From Rickettsiales bacterium UBA4311 (lineage in GTDB: Bacteria > Pseudomonadota > Alphaproteobacteria > Rickettsiales > Deianiraeaceae): a DNA stretch of 64,000 bases. This document shows positions 35,049 to 45,279 of this stretch, piece by piece. The stretch lies in NCBI GenBank assembly GCA_002394665.1, contig DGUL01000007.1, forward strand, positions 30,860 through 94,859, in the 5' to 3' direction. Under the pieces are notes generated by a model. That model was given only the letters and a program-made list of their open reading frames with translations. It did not search any database and was not told the DNA's origin. The number at the start of each line of letters is the position of its first letter. The stretch's first letter is position 1. Both the position numbers and the translations under genes were made by a program.

Positions 35049-35739
35049 TTACTTTAAATTCAATATTTGAATCACCATTTTGGTCTTTTCTTATAAAGAA
35101 AGTAAATAAAATCGTCGCAACAAAATCCTGTTTTTTATTATGTTCGTCTGTAGTTTCCGTTGAAAATGAAACATTGGCTCCAATCGGCGTTTCATCACCG
35201 ATAATGGAATTATAAAACTTGCTGAAAATGTCCCTTGTTTCGTAAAAAAACTCAATATTCTTAATAGTTGCGACTTTTTTTGTCCCATAAATAGCAAGTT
35301 GAACATCACCGGTATCGCCCTCTGGAACATAATCATTTGCCAAATATCTGTTATAAACCTCCAAACCAGATAAATTTTGAATTAAACTCATTTTTTTTTT
35401 TAACGATTGCATCGCATTTTCCTCGCTATTATGCGTTAAAGAAAAGAAATTTACGACGTATTTTGAAAGCATAAATCGCAAAATGCCTATTTTTTTATCC
35501 TCCTGACCAACTAATTTACTTACCTTTATTGAACTTTCATTGTCTTTGTGATTTACAAGAAGGATGTAAGTATTTTTATAATTCTTCGCTTTTCTCACTA
35601 TTCCAATGGTTGAAACTGAAAAATATAAGCAAAACAACGAAACGACTAGCAATAAAAAATACATCAAGCGTTCACAGGCCGGGCTTACGTAAATCGTATT
35701 ATACCACCTTAATGCTTTTTTAAAAAAATCACCTTCCAT
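35020..35739 (-). CDS. virB8: T4SS inner-membrane protein VirB8-like
   Basis: Short cytoplasmic N-terminus, a single TM LMYFLLLVVSLFCLYFSV, a ~190-aa periplasmic domain, and a position immediately upstream of virB9. Confidence 0.55.
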   Translation of the reverse strand: MEGDFFKKALRWYNTIYVSPACERLMYFLLLVVSLFCLYFSVSTIGIVRKAKNYKNTYILLVNHKDNESSIKVSKLVGQEDKKIGILRFMLSKYVVNFFSLTHNSEENAMQSLKKKMSLIQNLSGLEVYNRYLANDYVPEGDTGDVQLAIYGTKKVATIKNIEFFYETRDIFSKFYNSIIGDETPIGANVSFSTETTDEHNKKQDFVATILFTFFIRKDQNGDSNIEFKVNDIQLQKSS

Positions 35740-35804
35740 TTTAAAAAAAACTAAATTTTTTTAGAAAAATATACTCAAATCAAAAATTAAAGTTCCCTTA
35801 AACT

Positions 35805-36797
35805 TTAAACATCTTGTTTAACCATTTTTTTAATCTCCCCAACTATACACTTAATATCGTTCAATTTTTTTGGTTCATAGTATGTAAGCTTATCATTTTC
35901 AGTATTCAATTCCACGCAACTACCATTGTTAATTGCATAATTGATAAAGTCTTTATACTTCTTTGTGTTATTTTTACACAAAAAGACATAAGACGGCTTT
36001 CCTTGCGACAAATATTCACTATGGTCGTTTATTGAATTACCAATCAAAACGTAATAAGAAGACCAATACATAAAGGCAACTTTTGGATTTTCATCGGGAT
36101 TTTCCCTCTTATCATAAAAATAATAACTACAATCCAAGTTTTCTTTAATTAACTTTACAGCCAACTTATTGACATTTTTTTCTGAAAAAATCAATAAAGG
36201 CATTTTCATTAAATATGAAATTCTGCTTATTGTTTTTGCAAAAGCAATAACATCGTCTTGTAGAAAATCAAACATCAGTGATTTACCATTGATAAAGACA
36301 CCTATAAACTCACCTTTTAAATAACTCTTTATTTTTTTAAATCTATCCGTTTCCGCTAACGCGACTTTTTCGTCAAGCTCATTGCAAATTAAACCATTAA
36401 CATCTATTTTTAATTTCTGTGGCCAAACCCTCTTGCTTGTTGCTTGCTTCAGCAGAATGTCGGTTTTTGCGAGCGGGCAATGTGTATTCCCAATCTGGAC
36501 AATTCTTGCGTTTGGAAAAGCAAATTTTCGCAAATGTTTGGCATATCTTATCATTTTCTTACCACTTACAACGATGGCATCGCAATCCTCTACATCTTTA
36601 AAGTCGTCAATATGTTTTACTAAAAGCCAAACAGGTAAAAATGTTAGCAAAAAGTTCGGCAGACGAATAAACATATTAAAATACACTTCTTTCTTATAGA
36701 GTTCTCCGCCACGAGCAAGCTCTTCTGCAATAATTGTTGCTTGTGCGTTATCAACTCTTGAATGCTTTAATTGTCCCAAAAGAACCAGAACTTTCAC
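35805..36797 (-). CDS. ELM1/DUF1022-like (mitochondrial-fission ELM1 family, glycosyltransferase-fold) protein, tentative
   Basis: The pattern VLVLLGQLKHSRVDNAQATIIAEEL, DAIVVSGKKMIRYAKHL, ARIVQIGNTHCPLAKTDILL, and IGVFINGKS follows my recollection of the bacterial ELM1 family. Confidence 0.45.
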   Translation of the reverse strand: MKVLVLLGQLKHSRVDNAQATIIAEELARGGELYKKEVYFNMFIRLPNFLLTFLPVWLLVKHIDDFKDVEDCDAIVVSGKKMIRYAKHLRKFAFPNARIVQIGNTHCPLAKTDILLKQATSKRVWPQKLKIDVNGLICNELDEKVALAETDRFKKIKSYLKGEFIGVFINGKSLMFDFLQDDVIAFAKTISRISYLMKMPLLIFSEKNVNKLAVKLIKENLDCSYYFYDKRENPDENPKVAFMYWSSYYVLIGNSINDHSEYLSQGKPSYVFLCKNNTKKYKDFINYAINNGSCVELNTENDKLTYYEPKKLNDIKCIVGEIKKMVKQDV

Positions 36798-36868
36798 AAA
36801 GACACAACAGCAGGTATTTTACAATTTATAATTTTCAAATGATTTATTTTAATGCACTTAATAAGTTC

Positions 36869-37891
36869 ATGATGTCTAAAATTGCAAATAATGTTATTAT
36901 TGTTATAATACCAGGCGTGAGGGCATTAAGCTTATTTGCACTGATATTTTGTTCTTTTCAATCAATATGCTTTGGTGAAAATTATGCAAATTTTGCTTAC
37001 CAAGTTGAGAAAAGTTTTCAAGGTCAACAAAACAACAATACGAAACAGCAAATTGGTAAATTTGACGACGGAAGCACTTTTGATTTTTCAAAAACACTTG
37101 AAGCTAATTATTTAAACTTCGCAGAAAGTAGATATCAGCAAAACGATTTTATTGATGCATATTATTTCAAAACAAAAGCAATGAAAATAAAGAATTACAA
37201 AATCATCGCACCGGCAAATCCTTACTCTTTTGGTATTTTGCCGGATGACATAGAACAATTTATTATTGCACGAGAACAATTAAGAAATGCATCAATAAAT
37301 TCAATCATAAATTCAAATGACGGGCTTGTTTTGGCGGATAGCTATATTGCTTTCGATTGCTGGCTTGAAGCTTTTGAGGAAGGCAATACAACCGAAAAAA
37401 TGAATAGATGTAAAAATAGGTTTTTAGATAATATGAAAGCTTTAAGAATGTCGTTATTGATACAAGGATACAACTTGTTTGACATGACAACAAAAGAAAA
37501 TTTGGCTTTAAATAACCGCAATTCTTCCTGTGAAAGTTGTGCTTTATACAACAAAGGGCTTTATTGCAATGCACTATATTTTGATAAAGACGAAATAAAA
37601 TTGATGGACAAGATGAATGTTGTTATAAAACGTCTACAAAAAAAGATGACATATTTTAATAGTCCGACGATTACAATTATGTATTACCAAAATGCGTACG
37701 GATATACTAAAAAACTCGGACAACAAAGAGTTGAAGCCGTAAAAAACATTGTTTACAACAACCTCTCAAAAGACCTGCCTATAAAACCATTATTAAAAAT
37801 TACGCCTATAACATTGCCAAAAAAACTCACCGGTGCAGACAAAAAAATATATCGTGATGTAATATCTGTTTGTGTTAGCGGAAATGAATAA
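36869..37891 (+). CDS. secreted OmpA-family-like protein (degenerate OmpA C-terminal domain), tentative
   Basis: Signal ALSLFALIFCSFQSICFG. The AFDCWLEAFEEGNTTEKMNRCKNRF motif is seen in alphaproteobacterial OmpA-like proteins. C-terminal ALYFDKDEIKL...LGQQRVEAVKNIV resembles a decayed OmpA domain. Confidence 0.45.
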   Translation: MMSKIANNVIIVIIPGVRALSLFALIFCSFQSICFGENYANFAYQVEKSFQGQQNNNTKQQIGKFDDGSTFDFSKTLEANYLNFAESRYQQNDFIDAYYFKTKAMKIKNYKIIAPANPYSFGILPDDIEQFIIAREQLRNASINSIINSNDGLVLADSYIAFDCWLEAFEEGNTTEKMNRCKNRFLDNMKALRMSLLIQGYNLFDMTTKENLALNNRNSSCESCALYNKGLYCNALYFDKDEIKLMDKMNVVIKRLQKKMTYFNSPTITIMYYQNAYGYTKKLGQQRVEAVKNIVYNNLSKDLPIKPLLKITPITLPKKLTGADKKIYRDVISVCVSGNE

Positions 37892-37947
37892 AGACAAATA
37901 GAAAAAACCCTGCTTGATTATTACTATTCAGCTTTTAAACTTCTTAT

Positions 37948-40656
37948 GTGAGAGTTGTTTTTTCAATACTATTTGGCTTTGCTATATTGATAGCCATATC
38001 TGTATTGATTAGCCTTGTCCCGATGAATTTCGTCGGCGATAGTGCAATAAAATACGCACAACAAGCAGGAATTGAGCTTTCTTCGCAGACAAATTGGAAT
38101 TTGCGATTACTCGGTTTAAAAGCTAATACCGGAAAAATAACATATCGTTTTAATCTTGATGGCTACGAAATAAGTGGATACGGAGAAAATTTTACTTTTG
38201 GATTAACAAACCATAATATCAATTTTGATAATCTCATCGTAGATTTACTTATCGATAAAAAAGAGGAAATGACAGAATTTTTTGAAAAAATTATCAGTAA
38301 AATAAAAGACAAATATGTTTCTATATCTGCAACAAATTTAACAATAAACATCTATGCAAAAAACGAAAATGATGAAAAAAACATAATTGAAGAGCTTTTA
38401 TTTAATAACTTTGAAATTACAAAAACAAAAGAGAAAGCCTCTTATAGAGCCTCGGCAAGCACCGGCAAAGAAGAAAACATTGAGTTTTTATTAAAGCAAA
38501 ACAATATTGGAAAAAAGAACTATGAAACTAACGGAAAATTGGAGGGCAAAAACATTGAATGCTTTTTATACAGCAATGAAAAAACAGAAGAATTTAATTG
38601 CAAAACTGGGAATTTTTTAAAATTATTAAATGAAGTTGGCTTTAACGTCAAGGACGATGATTTAAAGAAAATTTTAAAAAAAAGCATCAAAATTGTAGCA
38701 AATGCCACAAAAGACAAAAACAACGAAAGGACTACATTGAGTGGAAGTTTTGTATTAAATGGCTCTGTTGGGCAAATTTCAACCGATAAAGAAGGATCTA
38801 TAAATCTAAAATTTAAAGATATAAATTTTGACGACGTTGTAAAAGATGAAGAAAACGAGGAGGAAGATGACGAAGAAGATAAAAAAACGACAAAAAAAGA
38901 AGAATGGCATAAACTCGCTATGTCAGGAGAAGAAAATAAGTTTATAGAAGGAGCAAAAAAAAAAGGCATTCAAGAAAATATAAACTTTGTCAGCAAAATT
39001 ATAAAAACCTTTTACACAATATTCGACAGAAGTGATTTTAAAATAAAAACCGAAATAGACACAGCAACAATAAACTCTCAACAATTGAAAAATATTATAA
39101 TTTCCACCTCAAAATCTAAAAATTCAAATATATCTTTTGCGGGAACACGAATCTATAATGCTAATGCCGTTGATTTAATTGAGATTAAAAATTTTGATGA
39201 TGAAAACGATATTTTTACATTCGCCGGCACGGACATTAAAAACTTATTTGCATTATTTAATTCGCCATTGATAAACAAGGAGCTCAATACAAATAGTTAT
39301 ATTATTAGTGGAAAATTAGCATTAAAAACCAACGGCTTTGAATTTAAAAATGTAGAAATGACAATTGATGACGCGAAGATTGCGACAATAAACCTTTCAA
39401 AATACCACAATAGTTTAAACAAAATTGTTTCAACAAAGAAAAGTTTAGTCGTGCAAAATGTTAATATAAACGAAATTTTTGATTTAAAACCATTTTATAA
39501 AAAATATTATGATAAATTTGAACTTTTTCAGCAAAAAAACGAACAAGAACCAATCTTTTGGCAAAAGCTTTTTGAGAAGAGGAAGAAAAAAACCTCGCGT
39601 TTTAAGTATGAAAGTCGAATTATACTTGATAACGTTTTACTGGAGAATATTAAAATTGAAAACTTTTTATACGAACTCAATGATGGCGAAAAAAACACCG
39701 AATTAACTATAAGTGCACTATCACCTTTCCTGAAAGGAACTGCCGGTTTTAGTCTAAAAAATATAGATGAAAAAGAGACAATAAATGGAGATGTAAAAAT
39801 TGATAAAATAGAGATGCAATATTTGAATGATTTAAATAATAGTTTAAAAACCGCAACCGGCAAAAACATTGAAGAAATATTTTTTGAAGACAAAGAATAT
39901 AATATACCTTCTTTTCTCGGAATAAATGGCAATATAAATCTAAATATAAACTTTGCTGTTTTCTCGCAAAATAACACAATACAAAATCTTTCAAGCAATT
40001 TTACAATCAAAGACGGAACATTTGAAACCAACGATTTTACGGCAGAATATGGAAATGGAAAAATAAGTGGAAATGTCGTTCTTTTCTTGCGTGAACGTCC
40101 ACAAATTAATGCTGGCATTGTTTTATCGGGAATAGATATAAAAAAAACAATCACCCCGTATATCGGAGGTCTATTATCCGTACAAATGGAAATTTCTTCA
40201 AGTAGTTTTAACCCTATTGATTTTATTAAAAGACTTAACGGAAAAGGAAAATTTGTAATCAACAATTTGAGTATACCGAATTTCAACATACAGGCAATTG
40301 GTATTGATAGCATAAAAAACGGAATAAATAAAACAACAAATTACTTGCAATTGATAGAAAGAAGCAACCTTAAATTCCCACAAGCAGAAGGAAATTTTAT
40401 AATGGAAAACGGCATCATTACTGCAAATATGATGGCATCAACAGAACTTGTTTCTTGTAATGCAAATCTGGAATACATATTTACAACACAAATAATAAAA
40501 AAACTTTTTGGAATATTTGCCGTAGTTATTTCCAGAAATAAATTCGAAAGTCCTATGCAAATTTACATACCTTATGCTTGCAATGAAACGATTTTAAACC
40601 CTTCTTGTATATTTGATCTGGATCAATTAAATAAAGTCATAAAATCGATAAATTGA
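37948..40656 (+). CDS. AsmA-family-like large envelope protein
   Basis: N-terminal anchor VFSILFGFAILIAISVLISLV, ~900 aa of beta-rich repetitive sequence, and C-terminal IKDGTFETNDFTAEYGNGKISGNV resembling the AsmA C-terminal region. Confidence 0.5.
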   Translation: MRVVFSILFGFAILIAISVLISLVPMNFVGDSAIKYAQQAGIELSSQTNWNLRLLGLKANTGKITYRFNLDGYEISGYGENFTFGLTNHNINFDNLIVDLLIDKKEEMTEFFEKIISKIKDKYVSISATNLTINIYAKNENDEKNIIEELLFNNFEITKTKEKASYRASASTGKEENIEFLLKQNNIGKKNYETNGKLEGKNIECFLYSNEKTEEFNCKTGNFLKLLNEVGFNVKDDDLKKILKKSIKIVANATKDKNNERTTLSGSFVLNGSVGQISTDKEGSINLKFKDINFDDVVKDEENEEEDDEEDKKTTKKEEWHKLAMSGEENKFIEGAKKKGIQENINFVSKIIKTFYTIFDRSDFKIKTEIDTATINSQQLKNIIISTSKSKNSNISFAGTRIYNANAVDLIEIKNFDDENDIFTFAGTDIKNLFALFNSPLINKELNTNSYIISGKLALKTNGFEFKNVEMTIDDAKIATINLSKYHNSLNKIVSTKKSLVVQNVNINEIFDLKPFYKKYYDKFELFQQKNEQEPIFWQKLFEKRKKKTSRFKYESRIILDNVLLENIKIENFLYELNDGEKNTELTISALSPFLKGTAGFSLKNIDEKETINGDVKIDKIEMQYLNDLNNSLKTATGKNIEEIFFEDKEYNIPSFLGINGNINLNINFAVFSQNNTIQNLSSNFTIKDGTFETNDFTAEYGNGKISGNVVLFLRERPQINAGIVLSGIDIKKTITPYIGGLLSVQMEISSSSFNPIDFIKRLNGKGKFVINNLSIPNFNIQAIGIDSIKNGINKTTNYLQLIERSNLKFPQAEGNFIMENGIITANMMASTELVSCNANLEYIFTTQIIKKLFGIFAVVISRNKFESPMQIYIPYACNETILNPSCIFDLDQLNKVIKSIN

Positions 40657-40670
40657 AAAAACCTGATAAA

Positions 40671-42644
40671 CTAATTTTGCAAAACTCCCCAGTGTAAAGC
40701 TGGTTTTTTCTTTGGATTTTGTTGAACTATTCTTCCATAATAATCGTCAAAAGCTCCTTTCTTGGCTCTATTGCTTACAACAACCACTTGTCCATCTCCG
40801 TGAATAACCAAAATAGTTTGAACAAATTTTTTTCTAACATCTAATTTACCTTTTTTTAAAGCAAAAATATTCTCACCCAGCAAACTCGTGGTAGCTAAAT
40901 GGATAAAATAATTATATCGCTTATCTTCAAAGAACAAGATTTTACTACTATTTATCGCAACATTTTTTAGAGAAATATCTCCGTCATTATAAATAAATTC
41001 AATGTCAATAATGCCGAAACACTTAATTTTTTCTAAAATAGCAAAAGCGTAACTTTCTATCGCTTTTTCACAGCTGTAATCGCAACCAACTATTGGACTA
41101 AAAAAACAATGCAAATTATTACTTGAAACAAATTCCTCACCTACGACCTTATGAAAAATTGCGTTATTATAACGATCTTTGAAGCATAAGAAATGTAAAA
41201 TTTTTTGTTCTTGATCTAAACGTTCTCCTTGAAACGTAAGATTGCATTCATTTGACAAGTCAATAAGAGCTTCGTTGTGAAGAAATTTAAAATCTCTATT
41301 TAATCCTAAAAAACGTATCGATTTCACTCTACATAACTTATTAAAACAATTCTCATTTTCACGAATAGGATTTAAAAAAACATCACTAATAGAATAACTT
41401 TTAATTACCACTTTTAGCTCCTCTTCTAACGAACCATTGTCTGCAATAGTAATAATATCGCATTCCGGCAATAAACCAACTAAACAAGAAAATTGGTCTG
41501 AAATATAAACAAGTCTGCAATTTTTGACCTTATTGAGCTCTTGGCAAATCCTGAAAAATAAAAGTCTATCATTTATATCACTATCTTTTTCACGAAAATC
41601 TACAATTAACAAATTTTCACCAAAACCAAAAGCTTCATACTTTCTGATAAAAACAACTTCATTTTTATAGGAAAAACTTTGCAATGTTTCATTATTTTTT
41701 TTCAAAAAAAACAATAAACGCTCAACGGAACATATGGATTTCTTATTTAGAAAGCTAACAACTTTTTCAAAAAAACAATTGCTTGATTTTCTAATAAAAC
41801 AAATCCCATTCTTGCCATTATCTTTTGAGTAATAAAAAGTTTCTCTATTCATTTTCGGGAAAATATAAAATCTCTCGTGAATATTTCTTATCAGATTTTT
41901 ATGGTTAATTATTTTTTTCTCCAAAAAAAACAAAACCTCGTCGCAATTTCCAAATTTAATATCATTAAAAAAAATCTTACCACTCTCAACAGAAACCTTG
42001 ATGCAATAAAACGTTTTTTTACATTGAATAAATTCACCAAAATTATCAACTATTGCTCTTATTTTTAGCAATTCATCCACATCATAAAATCCAGTTTCTG
42101 AGCAAAATAAACAATTTTTGTCATCATAAAAACTTTCAAAAATATCTAAAACAAGCTGTTGTTCAAAGTTGTCTTTTATACAAATGAAATTCAAAAAATG
42201 CTCTCTTTTATTTTTTTCAAAAAACTTTAAACTTTTTCTTTTCGTAGAAAAACCAACCTTTTTAGCAAAAGGTATTAAGTTTTTTGTATTTTGTTTATTT
42301 GTATAATAATCACTGTACACATTTTCAACTTTGTTTTTTTTAAAAAAATCATTTAAACCGCGTATAATTTCATCGCAATCACCAATCGTAGGATAAACAC
42401 AATTGATTTTAAATTTTTTAACAATTTTTTTTATCTTTTTCTCTGTTATTTTCTCAACAAAAAAATGAACCCTATCAGGAAGGGCTAATTTCATAGTTTC
42501 TGTGGAAGAGAAAAAATAAATATTTACATCTTCACTAATAGCTTCAACACTCTTATAAATCTCAACAATGTTATGCTCCAAAAAAGTCCTATCCTGCAAA
42601 CAAGAATAAATAAACAAAACATTTTTGCCGATTTTTTTCGTCAT
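40671..42644 (-). CDS. degenerate carbamoyl-phosphate synthase large-subunit-like protein (duplicated ATP-grasp scaffold, catalytic motifs eroded)
   Basis: Hand alignment to CarB. KNVLFIYS...[28 protein letters not shown] aligns with KSILILGAG...[53 protein letters not shown]...[14 protein letters not shown] aligns with [24 protein letters not shown]...LAKVAARVMAGKSL. A second internal repeat starts at ENLLIVDF. The Gly-rich loops are absent. Confidence 0.45.
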   Translation of the reverse strand: [657 protein letters not shown]

Positions 42645-42728
42645 TCAATAAAAACAACAAAATATAATATAAAAAACAAGTATGAATAAAACATTGAATA
42701 CGGCTTAAAAAATGCTGTTCAATAAAAA

Positions 42729-44543
42729 CTAAACCTTCACTACACCGCTGTTCATCACTTCAAAAAAATCTTTATTGTCTTTTGTTTTTTTTAACTTCTC
42801 CAACAAAAATTCCAATGCTTCAGCTGTATTATTTGCTCCGTTGCCAGCCATATTTATTAAAATCCTTCGTAAAATCCAAGTCTTTTGCAACTCCTCCTTT
42901 TCAACCATTTCCTCTTCTCGTCTTGTGCCTGATTTTAAAATATCAATCGCAGGGAAAAGCCTCTTTTCAGCAATCTTTCTATCTAAAACTATTTCAGAAT
43001 TTCCCGTTCCTTTGAACTCTTCAAAAATAACTTCATCCATTTTCGATCCAGTTTCTACAAGTGCAGTTGCTATAATTGTGAGCGAACCTCCGTTTTCAAT
43101 ATTTCTCGCAGCACCAAAAAATCTTTTTGGTTTTTGCAATGCATTTGAATCAACACCGCCGGTCAAAACCTTTCCAGACGATGGAGCAATTGCATTATAG
43201 GCCCTTGCTAATCGTGTTATGCTATCAAGTAAAATTATAACATCCTTGCCATCTTCAACCATCCTTCTGGCTTTCTCAATAACAATCTCAGCAAGTTCAA
43301 CGTGTCTTTTTGCAGGCTCGTCAAACGTAGAACTAACAACCTCGCCCTTTACGGAACGAACCATATCAGTCACCTCCTCTGGCCTCTCGTCAATCAATAA
43401 AACAATCAACTCAACTTCCGGATGATTTTCATTTATAGCGTGAGCTATTGCTTGCATCAAGAAAGTTTTACCTGCTCGTGGAGGAGCTACAATCAAGGCT
43501 CTTTGACCTTTGCCAATTGGACACATTAAATCAATAACTCTTGTAGATACGGCTTCTTTTGGGTTGCTTAATTTATCAAATTTTAACTTTTCTGTCGGAT
43601 AAAGCGGGATTAAGTTGTCAAAATTGACTTTGTTTTTCATTTCATCAACCTTTTTGCCGTTAATTGTCTCAATTCTAACGACAGAAAAATATCTTTCCTG
43701 TTTTCTTGGTTCTTTTATGTAAGCCCCTACGACATCACCTTGACGAAGACCGAGTTTTCTTATTTGATTTTGAGAAATATAAGCATCATATGAAGAAGGA
43801 CGATAATTATTACTACTGTCCCTCAGAAAACCAAAACCACCTTCATTTATAACTTCCAAACATCCATCAACATAAAGTCCCTCGCCTTTGATCGCTGATT
43901 GCTTTAAAATTGCAGAAATTATGTCTTGTTTTAGCATTCTATTAAGGTTCTGAACCTCATATTTTTCAGCAATTTCAATCAGCTCATCCAAATTTTTGTC
44001 TCTCAAATCTTTTACATAAGTGACCTGCTCTGTATTTATAACATATTCCTGTTGCAGTTGTCTGTCTTGCATCATTCTATTTCTTCTCTGAAAAAAATTA
44101 TTTCTCTCATCTTCATTTTTGGCATTTACTTCGTCACTGGTGATGTTCGCGACATTAGCATTGGCTGTATTTGCAATATTCTGTAAATTATTATTTTCAA
44201 AACCAGAGGCACCATTTTCTCCGTTCTTCAACTCGCCTCCTTCGTTTAAATTATTAGAACTATTTGCGTTATTGGAATTAAGATTTAAATTACGAAGTCC
44301 AAGGTCAAAGCTACCTATTTTACCACTTTCTTTTTCGTTGTCGTTTGTAACTGTTCCATTATTTAAACCCAAATTCAAATTACTCTTTTCCATTGAACTA
44401 AAACCTATTTTTTTTCTTTCACTGCTCTCAACAGCAACATCGTCATTCTTAACACTTTTTAATGCCTTTTTTCGTGTAGAAGTTTTACTTTTCCTATCCT
44501 CTTCAACAGAAGAGGTATTTAACAATTCATTGTCATCAACCAT
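42729..44543 (-). CDS. rho: transcription termination factor Rho with ~175-aa Asn-rich N-terminal extension
   Basis: Canonical part from [13 protein letters not shown] onward: RNA-binding GFGFLR, Walker [27 protein letters not shown], and the C-terminal SGTRREE. Confidence 0.95.
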   Translation of the reverse strand: MVDDNELLNTSSVEEDRKSKTSTRKKALKSVKNDDVAVESSERKKIGFSSMEKSNLNLGLNNGTVTNDNEKESGKIGSFDLGLRNLNLNSNNANSSNNLNEGGELKNGENGASGFENNNLQNIANTANANVANITSDEVNAKNEDERNNFFQRRNRMMQDRQLQQEYVINTEQVTYVKDLRDKNLDELIEIAEKYEVQNLNRMLKQDIISAILKQSAIKGEGLYVDGCLEVINEGGFGFLRDSSNNYRPSSYDAYISQNQIRKLGLRQGDVVGAYIKEPRKQERYFSVVRIETINGKKVDEMKNKVNFDNLIPLYPTEKLKFDKLSNPKEAVSTRVIDLMCPIGKGQRALIVAPPRAGKTFLMQAIAHAINENHPEVELIVLLIDERPEEVTDMVRSVKGEVVSSTFDEPAKRHVELAEIVIEKARRMVEDGKDVIILLDSITRLARAYNAIAPSSGKVLTGGVDSNALQKPKRFFGAARNIENGGSLTIIATALVETGSKMDEVIFEEFKGTGNSEIVLDRKIAEKRLFPAIDILKSGTRREEEMVEKEELQKTWILRRILINMAGNGANNTAEALEFLLEKLKKTKDNKDFFEVMNSGVVKV

Positions 44544-44685
44544 AAAAATACAAAATTAAAGATAAAAACTTAAAAGAATTGATAATAATATACTTAAAAC
44601 TCGGGAAACCAAGTCCAAAGGTGATAAAATATCACATAATTTAAAATCAAGCATTTTTTAAAGTAATCAAATAATTTGCCAAAAT

Positions 44686-45243
44686 TCAAGCATCTTTATA
44701 TTTTAAAACATCACCAAGTTTTTCCTGAATACCAACCAAAACCTTTTTATCACTTGTTAATGTTTTTAAGATATTCCAATCGTCAAGAGTTTTTACTTTT
44801 TTTATTTTTGCCGATATATTCTTCTTTAAATCTAAATCATCAAAATATTTCACACTTTCAGCAAAATCAAAAAACTTTTTTAAAGTTGAAATAGAGAGAT
44901 TTAGTCCAGTATTTAACTCATTTGTTGATATTGGTGTTAAATTATTATTTACTAAAATTTTATTATTATCAAAACTAAAAACATCGCTTAAACGATGATT
45001 TTTTTTAAATTTATCATCAACCTCAATATCACTTATTAAAGAAATTAAAAATGAATTCACTATCAATAAATCCCTTTGCTTGCGGAAAGAAATAAAATCA
45101 AAAAAGAATTTATCAAACATCTTTATAAACCTCTCCTTTTCAAAACCCAAAACACCTCCAATGTTTTTTCGAGACAACTGAAAACCATCATTAAAAACAT
45201 TGGAAAAATCTATATTTTTTTTTCTTGAAAAAGAAATTGACAT
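44686..45243 (-). CDS. hypothetical protein (185 aa)
   Basis: ORF trimmed to the ATG at 45243 (MSISFSRKK), because the longer version overlaps the divergent rnc start. No domain recognised. Confidence 0.4.
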   Translation of the reverse strand: MSISFSRKKNIDFSNVFNDGFQLSRKNIGGVLGFEKERFIKMFDKFFFDFISFRKQRDLLIVNSFLISLISDIEVDDKFKKNHRLSDVFSFDNNKILVNNNLTPISTNELNTGLNLSISTLKKFFDFAESVKYFDDLDLKKNISAKIKKVKTLDDWNILKTLTSDKKVLVGIQEKLGDVLKYKDA

Positions 45244-45279
45244 CTTATACGAAACAACGAAGAATAAAAAAAAAATTAT

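Noticed and set aside
39528-40313. 261-aa ORF antisense to the AsmA-like gene. Similar long antisense ORFs occur at 4849-5394, 7129-7509, 11056-11466, 13445-13825, 28406-29092, 38520-38969, 42775-43200, 44119-44559 and 61241-61645.
   Set aside because: They are Phe/Ser/Leu/Ile-rich shadow ORFs on the opposite strand of genes with clearly recognisable products. In AT-rich DNA the antisense of Lys/Glu/Asn-rich coding sequence is often open. They show no motifs or independent start context.
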